Shown: in pieces, positions 1 through 8,894 of the stretch
Layout of the letters: the number at the start of each line of letters is the position of its first letter
Position numbering within the stretch: the stretch's first letter is position 1
Assembly (NCBI GenBank): GCA_021803425.1
Contig: JAJZLN010000021.1
Coordinates: forward strand, 1,252-65,251
DNA: 64,000 nucleotides
Direction: 5' to 3'
DNA from: Candidatus Micrarchaeota archaeon
GTDB taxonomy: Archaea > Micrarchaeota > Micrarchaeia > Micrarchaeales > CABMGC01
Position numbers and translations under genes: made by a program
The notes under the pieces: model-generated
What the model was told of the DNA's origin: nothing
Database searches by the model: none
The model's input: the letters and a program-made list of their open reading frames with translations, nothing else

Positions 1-2
1 TA

Positions 3-374
3 GAATTTGAAAAAATTACAGGAAACAATAAATATATGATCCAGGCGCAGACCATAGCAAATGCAAATAATAAGTATAATGTGGACAAAAATGGGGTGCT
101 TTATGATAAAACATGCCCGGTAAATAACATTTGCTACACTGACATGGAAGGATTTAAAGGAACATACATCAACGGATTGCGTGATTTGTACATGGAGGAC
201 AAGAATAAGGCATATTTAGTGTTTATCGATAAGAACATAAAGGCCATATGGCTTAAAGACAGAAGCAATTTTGCCGAACTTGGTTTATACTGGGATGGAC
301 CATTTACTGAATTCAACTCTGCTACTCAAAGTGCAGCAATAAATGCAATGCTTGCAGGAGAACTCAGAAAATAA
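3..374 (+). CDS. C-terminal fragment of a glycoside-hydrolase-like protein (GH76 / six-hairpin-like); 5' end lies outside the window
   Basis: The frame is open from base 3 with no stop before the ATG at 36, so the gene starts upstream. FKGTYINGLRDLY ... GLYWDGPF ... ATQSAAINAMLA resembles the C-terminal part of GH76-type proteins. Family call is from memory only. Confidence 0.4.
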   Translation, partial: EFEKITGNNKYMIQAQTIANANNKYNVDKNGVLYDKTCPVNNICYTDMEGFKGTYINGLRDLYMEDKNKAYLVFIDKNIKAIWLKDRSNFAELGLYWDGPFTEFNSATQSAAINAMLAGELRK

Positions 375-376
375 TT

Positions 377-1300
377 TCATCCTTTGCCTTTACCTATCAC
401 TTCTTTTTTGTATTTGTCATGATCTCCAAACCAGGTAAATGTAATTGTCCTGTTATTATTTTCTTGGTTGTGGCTGATCCTAAAAATAACTCTTTGGGCA
501 GGCCCGCTATTTGTTAGAGCGAATCGCCACCTGCCGCTAATATTACCATTATATCCTCCACCACTAATGGGCCTGCAGTTTTCAGTTGCATTTGGTTTTT
601 TAAGCCCATCACCAATAAGGCTACACAATCTAACTGCTATGTCCTCAACTTGTTTTCCCTTATTCTTTAGAAGCGCAGTGAGTTGGCTATGTATTTCCTT
701 TGGAATAATTACTTCCGTATTAAATTGAGTTATTAGTATTCTAGTATCGCCCTGAAGAATTACCGTTTCTACTTTTGATTCTTTATGGCCCGTAGGCAAG
801 GCATCGTCCCTAAGCGTATCCTGAATCTGGCAATTTGGTTTGCCACGATTTTTAGCATTTTTATTCTCTGTAGTTACATTTCCTGCATTTTCATCGTGAC
901 GAAAAACGGCTTTGAACCCTTGATTTTCAGTGCTTTTAATTAAGACTTGTGTTTTTATTGCCGATCTCTTGAAATTGAGCACGGCTTCAAACTCCTTAAG
1001 AGTTATATCAAGTGATTTGTTCAGTTTTTCAAGGGCTTCGATTCTTTTTTTATAGCCAGTCGAATGTCTTTCAAAGAATTTTGAAGGTTTTATGGAGGAT
1101 ATTTTTTCCATGAAGTCCCTTACTATCGTTTCTTGCTTTTTAGTAAGCAATGCACGATTCGATTCGTGACTAATACTATTTTCTCTCAGCATATCCTCTA
1201 AGATGTGATTTTTTCTGTATAACTCTGAATTCAGCTCTTTCTCACGACCAGTATCCGAAGACATTTTTACATTGAATGCCATAAAATCACTGATACCCAT
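377..1300 (-). CDS. Hypothetical protein: N-terminal coiled-coil region plus RelE/ParE-like toxin-fold C-terminal domain
   Basis: 307-aa ORF. The C-terminal ~100 aa (IPKEIHSQLTALLKNKGKQVEDIAVRL...PISGGGYNGNISGRWRFALTNSGPAQRVIFRISHNQ...ITFTWFGDHDKY) follow the RelE/ParE pattern: helices, 'L.g....g.wR.r.g.yRviy.i', then 'i.i..vg.H..vY'. Its start overlaps the upstream gene by 14 nt. Confidence 0.4.
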   Translation of the reverse strand: MGISDFMAFNVKMSSDTGREKELNSELYRKNHILEDMLRENSISHESNRALLTKKQETIVRDFMEKISSIKPSKFFERHSTGYKKRIEALEKLNKSLDITLKEFEAVLNFKRSAIKTQVLIKSTENQGFKAVFRHDENAGNVTTENKNAKNRGKPNCQIQDTLRDDALPTGHKESKVETVILQGDTRILITQFNTEVIIPKEIHSQLTALLKNKGKQVEDIAVRLCSLIGDGLKKPNATENCRPISGGGYNGNISGRWRFALTNSGPAQRVIFRISHNQENNNRTITFTWFGDHDKYKKEVIGKGKG

Positions 1301-1877
1301 ACCTATCCTTTCTTAATGCTTCCATTGCAAGCGCCTTTGAAAGCTTATGATCTTTTATGCGTGATTCAGTAATATTTACTAACTTGCTGTCCATATCGTC
1401 CATAGATGGGGCATGTTTAGATTCTTCATGAAACCTTAATGCCTTGCTGAAAGATACTATAGCCTCGGTAGAACAATTGCCAGCTATGTAATTATCTGTG
1501 GCCGCTAGACAAAAAATTGTCTTCATCGGCAATTTATTCGCCATTTCTGCTGCCTGCACGAAAAGATCTGCTGCTTTTTTAGACAGATACTCGTAATTGG
1601 AAGGTATTTTGCTTCCGCATAGATGCGAATATTTTGCTGCTTCATAAAATTTTCCTGCTGCAACGGTTATATTTCCATTCCTAATCAAATATTCGCCTTC
1701 ATTTTCAAGTTTATATGATGCTTTAATGCATAAATCACTGACGAGATTTGACAATTCTGGACTTTTCATTGCAATAGCAACGGCATCTTCAGGATACCCG
1801 AGATTGCAGAGATTGATGGCACGGTTCTTATTTGAATTCGCGTTATCTGCAGGCATTTTAGATTTTTTAATTGGCAT
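1287..1877 (-). CDS. Hypothetical all-alpha (TPR/SNAP-like) repeat protein
   Basis: 196-aa ORF overlapping the downstream gene by 14 nt, which suggests an operon. Ala/Tyr-rich helical hairpins (AAGKFYEAAKYSHLCG, KKAADLFVQAAEMANK). It also contains RFHEESKH (R-x6-H), which is too short to call HEPN. Confidence 0.45.
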   Translation of the reverse strand: MPIKKSKMPADNANSNKNRAINLCNLGYPEDAVAIAMKSPELSNLVSDLCIKASYKLENEGEYLIRNGNITVAAGKFYEAAKYSHLCGSKIPSNYEYLSKKAADLFVQAAEMANKLPMKTIFCLAATDNYIAGNCSTEAIVSFSKALRFHEESKHAPSMDDMDSKLVNITESRIKDHKLSKALAMEALRKDRYGYQ

Positions 1878-1891
1878 TATAATACACTGAA

Positions 1892-2218
1892 TTAATCACG
1901 CTTATTAGGCTTAAGCAGAGCAGTGTCAGGGTTTGTTCCATTTGCATTTTTTAATATGGCATCGATCTCATCTATTCTTGATTTTGCTTTGCTAGAAGTA
2001 TCAATATCACCGAAATCATCTGCTTTACTTTTCAACTCCGAAAAACTGCCCTTTAGCTTTAAATATGTACCCTTATTTGATGCGACATCCAACTTCTTTA
2101 AATCCTTTAAACAATCATCATAAGCTCTGAATGAAAGGCCTATGCGTAGAAACTCCTCGATTTTTTCACTGCCAAGATACTTATCTTGGCTATCTCTTTT
2201 ATTGAACGACTCTCCCAT
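1892..2218 (-). CDS. Hypothetical small helical protein; first gene of the 2218->377 operon
   Basis: 108-aa ORF, 14 nt upstream of the next minus-strand gene. No recognisable motif. Confidence 0.45.
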   Translation of the reverse strand: MGESFNKRDSQDKYLGSEKIEEFLRIGLSFRAYDDCLKDLKKLDVASNKGTYLKLKGSFSELKSKADDFGDIDTSSKAKSRIDEIDAILKNANGTNPDTALLKPNKRD

Positions 2219-2337
2219 ACAACCACACCAAATGCTTACTAATTTGCATATAAAGTAATCTAGATTGTGATATATAATTCTTCTCTTAATGTAGCTAAAT
2301 TACAGATATTTTTGTTATTTTGTAAAAATGCATTTGA

Positions 2338-3075
2338 ATGACATACACATTACCAAATGATTATTATATTGATTATCATAAATTAATCATGGACAATTAT
2401 TCGGTAATTATAGAACATGTAACAAAGATATACACCACGGGAAAAATAAAAATAAAAGCACTTGACGATATAACTTTTCGGCTGAAGAGAGGCGAATTTC
2501 TAGCCATAGTGGGCCCTTCTGGAAGCGGCAAATCAAGCCTGCTGAACATACTAGGCACCATAGATACTCCGTCTAAGGGAAAGATATTCATAGAAGGAAG
2601 ATCTATTTTACGAATGACTAGAAACGAAATAGCTAAATTTAGGAATAAGAACCTTGGTTTCGTATTTCAATCATATAACCTCATAACCAGCTTGGATGCG
2701 AAGACAAACGTGATGTTGCCGCTTATGACCGGATCTGTGCCAAAAAATGTTAGAGAAGAGCGTGCAAAGTCGCTTCTTAAGGAACTTGGCTTAGGAACAA
2801 AGCTTAACATGAAACCTATGCAATTAAGCGGTGGGGAACAGCAAAGAGTTGCAATAGCAAGGGCGCTTGTCAATAGCCCTTCTCTTATTCTTGCAGATGA
2901 ACCTACGGGCAACCTTGATTCTAAAACAGGGTTAGGAATAATAAAACTGTTGCACAAAATAAGCAAGGAAAGTAATGTTACTATAATAATGATAACACAT
3001 AATATGGAAACTACGCGATATTGCGACAAAATAATAAAACTCAGGGATGGAAAAGCAGAAAAACTTAAATGGTAA
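2338..3075 (+). CDS. ABC transporter ATP-binding protein (MacB/LolD-type)
   Basis: Walker A GPSGSGKSS, signature LSGGEQQRVAIARAL, Walker B LILADEPTGNLD, H-loop ITHN. The real start is probably the internal Met near 2389 (MDNYSVIIEHV). Confidence 0.9.
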   Translation: MTYTLPNDYYIDYHKLIMDNYSVIIEHVTKIYTTGKIKIKALDDITFRLKRGEFLAIVGPSGSGKSSLLNILGTIDTPSKGKIFIEGRSILRMTRNEIAKFRNKNLGFVFQSYNLITSLDAKTNVMLPLMTGSVPKNVREERAKSLLKELGLGTKLNMKPMQLSGGEQQRVAIARALVNSPSLILADEPTGNLDSKTGLGIIKLLHKISKESNVTIIMITHNMETTRYCDKIIKLRDGKAEKLKW

Positions 3076-4346
3076 TTGGTATATGTATGAATAAACATTT
3101 TAAGATCATTGCGCTTTTATGCATGGTATTTCTGTTTGGAGAAGCATTATCTACATTGGGCGGGCCGGAACCAATACCCAATCCTCCAACGTTTAGCATT
3201 ACATCACCAAGCATGACAGTATGCAGTGGGCAGGTTAGTACACTGCCAATAACCGTAGTTACAAATGGAGAGATGCAAAATGTGCAGCTTTCTGTCCTTA
3301 ATTCGCAGTATGTATCGCCGATTGGAAACTTGACAGAAGTGATAAACAACATTTTGCCTTCCAAGCAGCAGGTAGTAAATTTTACCATATTTGTAAACAC
3401 AAACTCGTCATTTATACCGGTTCAGATATCTATTAATTATTTTTACCATACGCTTTATTCGGATAGTGAAATAAGAAATACCACGTTATGGGTTAAAACA
3501 TGCAAGCAACCGATATCGATAAAATTCTACCCGAAATATCTTGTACAAGGAAGAATACAAAACCTCTTCTTAAACATTACTAATACTGGAACTAAGAATC
3601 TTAGTTCTATATCAATAAGACCATCTTTTCCGCCACTTGAAGCGGCACTTGTTAGCCCACAACCAATAGTAGTTAACAGCATAAATGAAGGAAAAAGTGC
3701 AATTACCAACGCAAGCATATACGTATATCAAAATGTGTCGCAGCTATTGCCAATAAATCTCAATGTTAGCTTTTTCAACGGAACGCTGTTTGAAAGGATA
3801 CCTGTTGATCTTGATGTGCTTACAACCGGACTGATAAATTTTACTGCTTCAAGCATTAGCGTATCCCCTCAAAATCCTTCAGAAGACAGCATATTCTCAG
3901 TGTCATTCATATTGACCAATACGGGCACTTCTACTGCATCTGCTGTAACTGTGACTTCGTTTCCAGGCAACCAGTTTACGCAGTTCGGATCGAATTCTAC
4001 TTTCATAGGGAGCATTCCTCCAGACAGCCAGACATCGGCAACGCTCTCCTTTTTCGTCAAGAATTATACCGAGATAGGGAATTACTCTATTCCAATAAAG
4101 ATAATGTACTTGAATAATTTAAGGCAATCACTGAATATGTCTATAGCAGTACCGATAACTGTTGCGCAACAAATGAACGCTACAGCTTTGGCTTCTGAGC
4201 ATTCGTCAGGATCAAACATAATATTATTGCTCATATTGGCATTTATGATTATAGTGCTGGTTTTTATAATAAAACTCGAACCCGCCAAGAAACGCGTTCT
4301 GATGAAAAAACTAAATGCTAACATGAATAAACTGTTGAAAAGATGA
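3069..4346 (+). CDS. Secreted, C-terminally membrane-anchored repeat protein (COG1361 / CARDB-like accessory component of archaeal MacB-type ABC systems)
   Basis: N-terminal signal/TM (KIIALLCMVFLFGEA), C-terminal TM (IILLLILAFMIIVLVFII) followed by a basic tail, and many N-x-S/T sequons. It sits between the ATPase and the FtsX permease with overlapping boundaries. Confidence 0.5.
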   Translation: MVIGICMNKHFKIIALLCMVFLFGEALSTLGGPEPIPNPPTFSITSPSMTVCSGQVSTLPITVVTNGEMQNVQLSVLNSQYVSPIGNLTEVINNILPSKQQVVNFTIFVNTNSSFIPVQISINYFYHTLYSDSEIRNTTLWVKTCKQPISIKFYPKYLVQGRIQNLFLNITNTGTKNLSSISIRPSFPPLEAALVSPQPIVVNSINEGKSAITNASIYVYQNVSQLLPINLNVSFFNGTLFERIPVDLDVLTTGLINFTASSISVSPQNPSEDSIFSVSFILTNTGTSTASAVTVTSFPGNQFTQFGSNSTFIGSIPPDSQTSATLSFFVKNYTEIGNYSIPIKIMYLNNLRQSLNMSIAVPITVAQQMNATALASEHSSGSNIILLLILAFMIIVLVFIIKLEPAKKRVLMKKLNANMNKLLKR

Positions 4347-5572
4347 ACATAAATGACATATTATGGTTGAGCTATAATGATCTTCATGAAAGAATCTTGA
4401 GGACCACACTCACCATAATAATGGTAGTAATTGGAGTAGCCTCAATCATAGCGTTAGTTTCACAGACTTCTGGAATAAACCAGAGCATACAAAATTCTCT
4501 GAATACGCTCGGTCCTACATCAATAATAGTGATGCCGGCAGGCTCAGGAAGCTTTACATCTCAAGATACTAGTGAAATTTCGTCTTTGCCCAATGTTGTT
4601 TCGGTTATACCTATCCTGTCTGCTCCAGTATATATAAACTTAAATGGCAACAACGAATCGGCAACGCTCATCGGCATAAATACTGAAGGGCTAAGGGAAC
4701 TTCTTGGGACCATAAATATATATCAGGGCGGATTATATCAAAATACGGTGACTCCCTCTTCATTGCTTGGTTATAGAATAGCTTTTCCAGAAGTGCTTGC
4801 AGGAACGCAGGGGGCTTATGTAGGTCAACCTGCTTCTCTGAGCCTATCTGAACAGCGCCAAGCAATAACAGTGCCAATAGTTGGCATTCTACAGAATTAT
4901 GGAAATATAGTGATACCTATTGATAGCGGAGTTATCATGTCTGTATATGCAGCCGAAACGATATTGCATAGGACATCATATAACATAATGCTCGTAAAAG
5001 CAACAAATACAGGCACTGTTGGTAAGGTCTCCCAGACAATATCCCAGATATATGGGGCGCGAGCAAAAATAATAACCGTGCAACAGCTCATACAGATAAC
5101 TAGCCAGATACTGAATCAGATAACAGTATTGTTCATAGTAATAGCAAGCATATCACTTCTTGTAGCCGCAATTGGGATAATGAATATAATGTTGATATCG
5201 GTATTTGAAAGGACCCATGAAATCGGAGTACTTAAAGCATTGGGATTTATGGATAACGAAGTGATGATGATCTTCCTTTTTGAAGCGGTGACTATAGGCG
5301 TATTAGGAGGTTTTATTGGAATTGCTGTGGGAATCATGGGTTCATATTCGCTTACTGCGCTCATCATACATACATCTACAAGCAGTTCTTCATCAATATC
5401 GCAGTTTAGCCAGGGAGTAGGTGGAAGTTCCATCAGTTATTATCCAATAATATCTCTTTCTACACTATTAATTGCAATGGCCGTGGCAGTCATCGTAAGT
5501 ATAATTGCAGGCATATACCCTGCCTGGCGGGCTTCTAAGATGAAACCGATAGAGGCGCTTAGGCACATATGA
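4343..5572 (+). CDS. ABC transporter permease, FtsX/MacB family
   Basis: N-terminal TM, large extracytoplasmic domain, and a C-terminal 3-TM FtsX module with the motif FERTHEIGVLKALGF. ATGA overlap with the upstream gene. Confidence 0.85.
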   Translation: MNINDILWLSYNDLHERILRTTLTIIMVVIGVASIIALVSQTSGINQSIQNSLNTLGPTSIIVMPAGSGSFTSQDTSEISSLPNVVSVIPILSAPVYINLNGNNESATLIGINTEGLRELLGTINIYQGGLYQNTVTPSSLLGYRIAFPEVLAGTQGAYVGQPASLSLSEQRQAITVPIVGILQNYGNIVIPIDSGVIMSVYAAETILHRTSYNIMLVKATNTGTVGKVSQTISQIYGARAKIITVQQLIQITSQILNQITVLFIVIASISLLVAAIGIMNIMLISVFERTHEIGVLKALGFMDNEVMMIFLFEAVTIGVLGGFIGIAVGIMGSYSLTALIIHTSTSSSSSISQFSQGVGGSSISYYPIISLSTLLIAMAVAVIVSIIAGIYPAWRASKMKPIEALRHI

Positions 5573-5573
5573 A

Positions 5574-6431
5574 TTAAAGCCCGTACCTTATTTTCGAAGA
5601 CATTATATTCTCATTTTCTGCTATCTTTGTCTCTATACTCCTACTTATCTTTTTAATGTCTTTAACCACAGAATCGTATTTCTTTTCGGTGTTTGAAAGA
5701 AGGTATAGATTTTCAGCAAGCTGGAGATCATTATGGATATTTTTCGTTTTAAGCAGCGATTCATTAAACTTTTTCAGCCTCTTTATTGAGGATAAATCAT
5801 CATATAATTTTCCAAATATCTCGGAATTTACCTGATTAAATCTTCCCTTCCAATCGATAAACTCTTCAATTAATGAAAGATAGCTGTCCCTGGTTCGTGC
5901 AGATGCTGAGCGCATGTTAAAATCCTGTATGTCTTTATTCCTTAATGCATTGTATCTGGACATAAAACGATTGATCATAAAGCTTGTTGCTGAAGGATTC
6001 AATTTCACTGAACCGTCAACAAATTTTCTATCGTAATCTTCGCGCAAATTGCGATCCTTAAGTGTACTATAAGCTTCATTAAGTCTTTCAGAAATTGCGT
6101 GTGCATTTTCACTTTTATTAACATCTGGGTGGCTTTTTTTAATGCTTTTTATGTATGCTTCCCTTATCTGCATTTGACTGCTCTTGGAAGATATCCCAAG
6201 TATCCTGTAATAGTCTTTAAATTGCATGTTTTTAGTATCTATGCCCAAACTTTTTGCATGCGCTTCTATCTCAGCTATTATTCTGTGTGAATCAGCAATA
6301 AGCTTTTTAGACTGCTTTTCGGCTCTGTTTTGATACACATTAGAAATCCACGACTTTGCACTGCTTATTATATTCGTATACTCGCCTGAAAAAAGGAATA
6401 AGAAACAGAATTTTGAAGAAATGATACTCAA
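5574..6431 (-). CDS. J-domain protein (non-canonical DnaJ-like)
   Basis: J domain DYYRILGISSKSSQMQIREAYIKSIKKSHPDVNKSENAHAISERLNEAYSTLKDRNLREDYDRKF with an intact HPD. There is no G/F region or zinc finger. The C-terminal half is helical/coiled. Confidence 0.8.
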   Translation of the reverse strand: MSIISSKFCFLFLFSGEYTNIISSAKSWISNVYQNRAEKQSKKLIADSHRIIAEIEAHAKSLGIDTKNMQFKDYYRILGISSKSSQMQIREAYIKSIKKSHPDVNKSENAHAISERLNEAYSTLKDRNLREDYDRKFVDGSVKLNPSATSFMINRFMSRYNALRNKDIQDFNMRSASARTRDSYLSLIEEFIDWKGRFNQVNSEIFGKLYDDLSSIKRLKKFNESLLKTKNIHNDLQLAENLYLLSNTEKKYDSVVKDIKKISRSIETKIAENENIMSSKIRYGL

Positions 6432-6595
6432 TTACTGTAAAGGAAAAGAGTTCATTTCTCACTAATACATTGTTTAACAAGATATAAATACTTGACTGTT
6501 TGAAGCGGCGTGACCAATGCTCAAATTTCCAGATGCCACTCGAGATATTGTCGATATAAAAGCAAGGAATATAAACCTTCTCAGCTAGAATTTAG

Positions 6596-7855
6596 ATGGT
6601 AGTGATGTCTATTACTAAAGATATAACAAACAGAAAGGATGAGAGGCTTCTAGTACTCGCAATTGACGTGGACAATGATCTTTACAGAAAAACAAGAATA
6701 TCGGGCCCGCTTACAGGCAGAGCACAGATACTTGACGCAGCAAAGACATTGGCCCTTGCGGATCCACAAGATCCAGATTCAAATAATATGTTCTATGCAG
6801 TAAAATTCTACGATAATCTTAAGGAAGAAGGATATACGGTAAGCGTAGCAACAGTAACAGGATCAGAGGTAGAGGGATTTAATGCTGACCGCGAAGTGGC
6901 TAGACAATTAGACATGGTACTTGCACGAAATAAATGCGATTCATGCATACTTGTGACAGACGGGGCAAGTGACCAAAGAATCATACCAATCATACAATCA
7001 AAGATAAAAATAAGCAGCGTGCAGGTAGTTACATTAAAACAAGCTGAAAATCTTGAAAATACCTACTTTACAATAATAGAGAAACTCAAGGAGCCACATT
7101 ATTCAAGGATATTTTTTGGGCTTCCTGCAGTGCTTCTTCTTCTATTTGCAATAAGCTACTTCCTTGGAGCCGGATGGATACCTCCAGTGGGTTTGATAGG
7201 AATATATCTTCTAATAAAGGGATTTGGACTTGAAGATATGTTTATAAATTCATTTAAGAATCTTGGTTTTAGCGTTGATAGAATAAGTTTCGCGTTTTAT
7301 TTGAGTTCAATTCTGTTTATAATTGCAGGGTTTTTAATAAGCTATGAAAATTACTTGTCAGAATTTGGAGCTACTGGAAACCAGGGCATTTCAATTGCAA
7401 GCGCTGTAGAAGGGTTTCTTATTGCATTGCCAATAGCGTTAATATTGTATTTGATAGGCAGGATTATAGATGTAAAAGCATCTAGACATTTCTTTAGGAC
7501 ATTCAAATATGGCATATATATGGGTTCTTCTATAATATTATGGGCGCTACTGTATTCATTCACTGAATGGCTGAACGGCCAGATATATTTCGGCCAGTTA
7601 CTTGAATACGTGATTTTTGCAATTATAGTTGGAGTGGCCGTATCATACACTTCCAGATTTTTGAGACGCAAGTCACTTGCTTCAAAAAAGCTGAAAAACA
7701 AAATTGTTGTAAATGAACTTGGCGCACTTATAGGGAGAATATCTAGAGTAGATGCGCGGAAAGGAAAAATGATGATAAACACCAGTTTTGGAAATCTGAT
7801 AACATATAGTGTAGATAGGATAACTGACATTTCTGAAAAAGTAGTTGTAAATTAA
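6596..7855 (+). CDS. DUF373 family archaeal integral membrane protein
   Basis: The N-terminal soluble domain LVLAIDVDNDLYRKT..SGP..GR...LDAA..LALADPQDPDSN ... LVTDGASDQRIIPIIQS matches the remembered DUF373 consensus. It is followed by about 6 TM helices. Confidence 0.7.
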   Translation: MVVMSITKDITNRKDERLLVLAIDVDNDLYRKTRISGPLTGRAQILDAAKTLALADPQDPDSNNMFYAVKFYDNLKEEGYTVSVATVTGSEVEGFNADREVARQLDMVLARNKCDSCILVTDGASDQRIIPIIQSKIKISSVQVVTLKQAENLENTYFTIIEKLKEPHYSRIFFGLPAVLLLLFAISYFLGAGWIPPVGLIGIYLLIKGFGLEDMFINSFKNLGFSVDRISFAFYLSSILFIIAGFLISYENYLSEFGATGNQGISIASAVEGFLIALPIALILYLIGRIIDVKASRHFFRTFKYGIYMGSSIILWALLYSFTEWLNGQIYFGQLLEYVIFAIIVGVAVSYTSRFLRRKSLASKKLKNKIVVNELGALIGRISRVDARKGKMMINTSFGNLITYSVDRITDISEKVVVN

Positions 7856-7857
7856 AG

Positions 7858-8148
7858 GTGCGGATCGTGTACGGATCATACAAATTAAAAGTACATAATG
7901 GAAAACTTGTGTCAGTAAAAATTATATATTCCGAAAGAATTGAATCTGTACAGATCCTTGGCGATTTTTTTATGTATCCTGAAGAAGCTATAGAAGTAAT
8001 AGAAAAATCTTTGATAGGACTTGGTAGAAATTCTGATAGAACGTCTATTGCAGATGGAATAAAAAAGACATCTGAAGAAAACAGGATAACTATGGTGGGA
8101 ATAGATCCAGATTCCATGGCAGAAGCGATATTTATGGCGATGAAATGA
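7858..8148 (+). CDS. lplB: Lipoate-protein ligase accessory (C-terminal-domain) subunit LplB
   Basis: 96-aa ORF directly upstream of lplA with a 4-nt overlap. Contains the ILGDFFMYPEE motif typical of the LplA C-terminal domain. Same bipartite arrangement as described for Thermoplasma acidophilum. Confidence 0.6.
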   Translation: MRIVYGSYKLKVHNGKLVSVKIIYSERIESVQILGDFFMYPEEAIEVIEKSLIGLGRNSDRTSIADGIKKTSEENRITMVGIDPDSMAEAIFMAMK

Positions 8149-8894
8149 ATGAAACATGGAGAATTATAGAACTAACAGAAAATAATGCATATTTAAATAT
8201 GGCCATTGATGATGCCATACTAGATGAAATTGGAGATGGAAAATCTCAACCTACTATTCGTTTTTATAGGTGGCTGCCAAACGCAGTATCAATAGGAAGA
8301 TTCCAAGGTATGAATGACGAGGTGAATATCCAAAAATGCGCTGATCTGAATATAGACGTGGTAAGAAGAATTACAGGAGGGGGCGCAGTGTATCATGATT
8401 ACCATGGTGAACTCACATATAGTGTAATAGGTAAGGAGGAACTTTTTCCAGACGGCATACATGAAAGCTATAGGTATATATGCAACTGGATAATAGATGG
8501 ATTAAAAAGTATTGGAATAAACGCGGAATTTGCTCCAATAAACGACATAATAGTGGATGGAAGGAAGATATCTGGTAATGCGCAGACAAGAAAAAAAGGG
8601 GTATTACTTCAGCACGGAACCATATTATACAAAATTGATATTTCAAAGATGTTTTCTGTATTAAATATAAGCAAGGAAAAGATATCCGACAAGATGATAA
8701 AAAATGCAGAGGATAGGGTAACTTCGGTATCATTGCAAGCTAAATCAAGCTTCAATGAATTATATGAAGCTATTCTGAATTCATTTAAGAATGGAAAGAA
8801 ATATGAATTTGGATCATTGACCACGCCTGAATTAGAAAAAGTAAGGGAATTTGAAAAAATTTATCGCTCCTATGAATGGAATTTCAAACGATGA
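8145..8894 (+). CDS. lplA: Lipoate-protein ligase A, catalytic subunit
   Basis: RRITGGGAVYHD, GELTYSVI and GRKISGNAQ motifs of the BPL/LplA/LipB catalytic domain. At 249 aa it lacks the C-terminal domain. Confidence 0.85.
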   Translation: MNETWRIIELTENNAYLNMAIDDAILDEIGDGKSQPTIRFYRWLPNAVSIGRFQGMNDEVNIQKCADLNIDVVRRITGGGAVYHDYHGELTYSVIGKEELFPDGIHESYRYICNWIIDGLKSIGINAEFAPINDIIVDGRKISGNAQTRKKGVLLQHGTILYKIDISKMFSVLNISKEKISDKMIKNAEDRVTSVSLQAKSSFNELYEAILNSFKNGKKYEFGSLTTPELEKVREFEKIYRSYEWNFKR

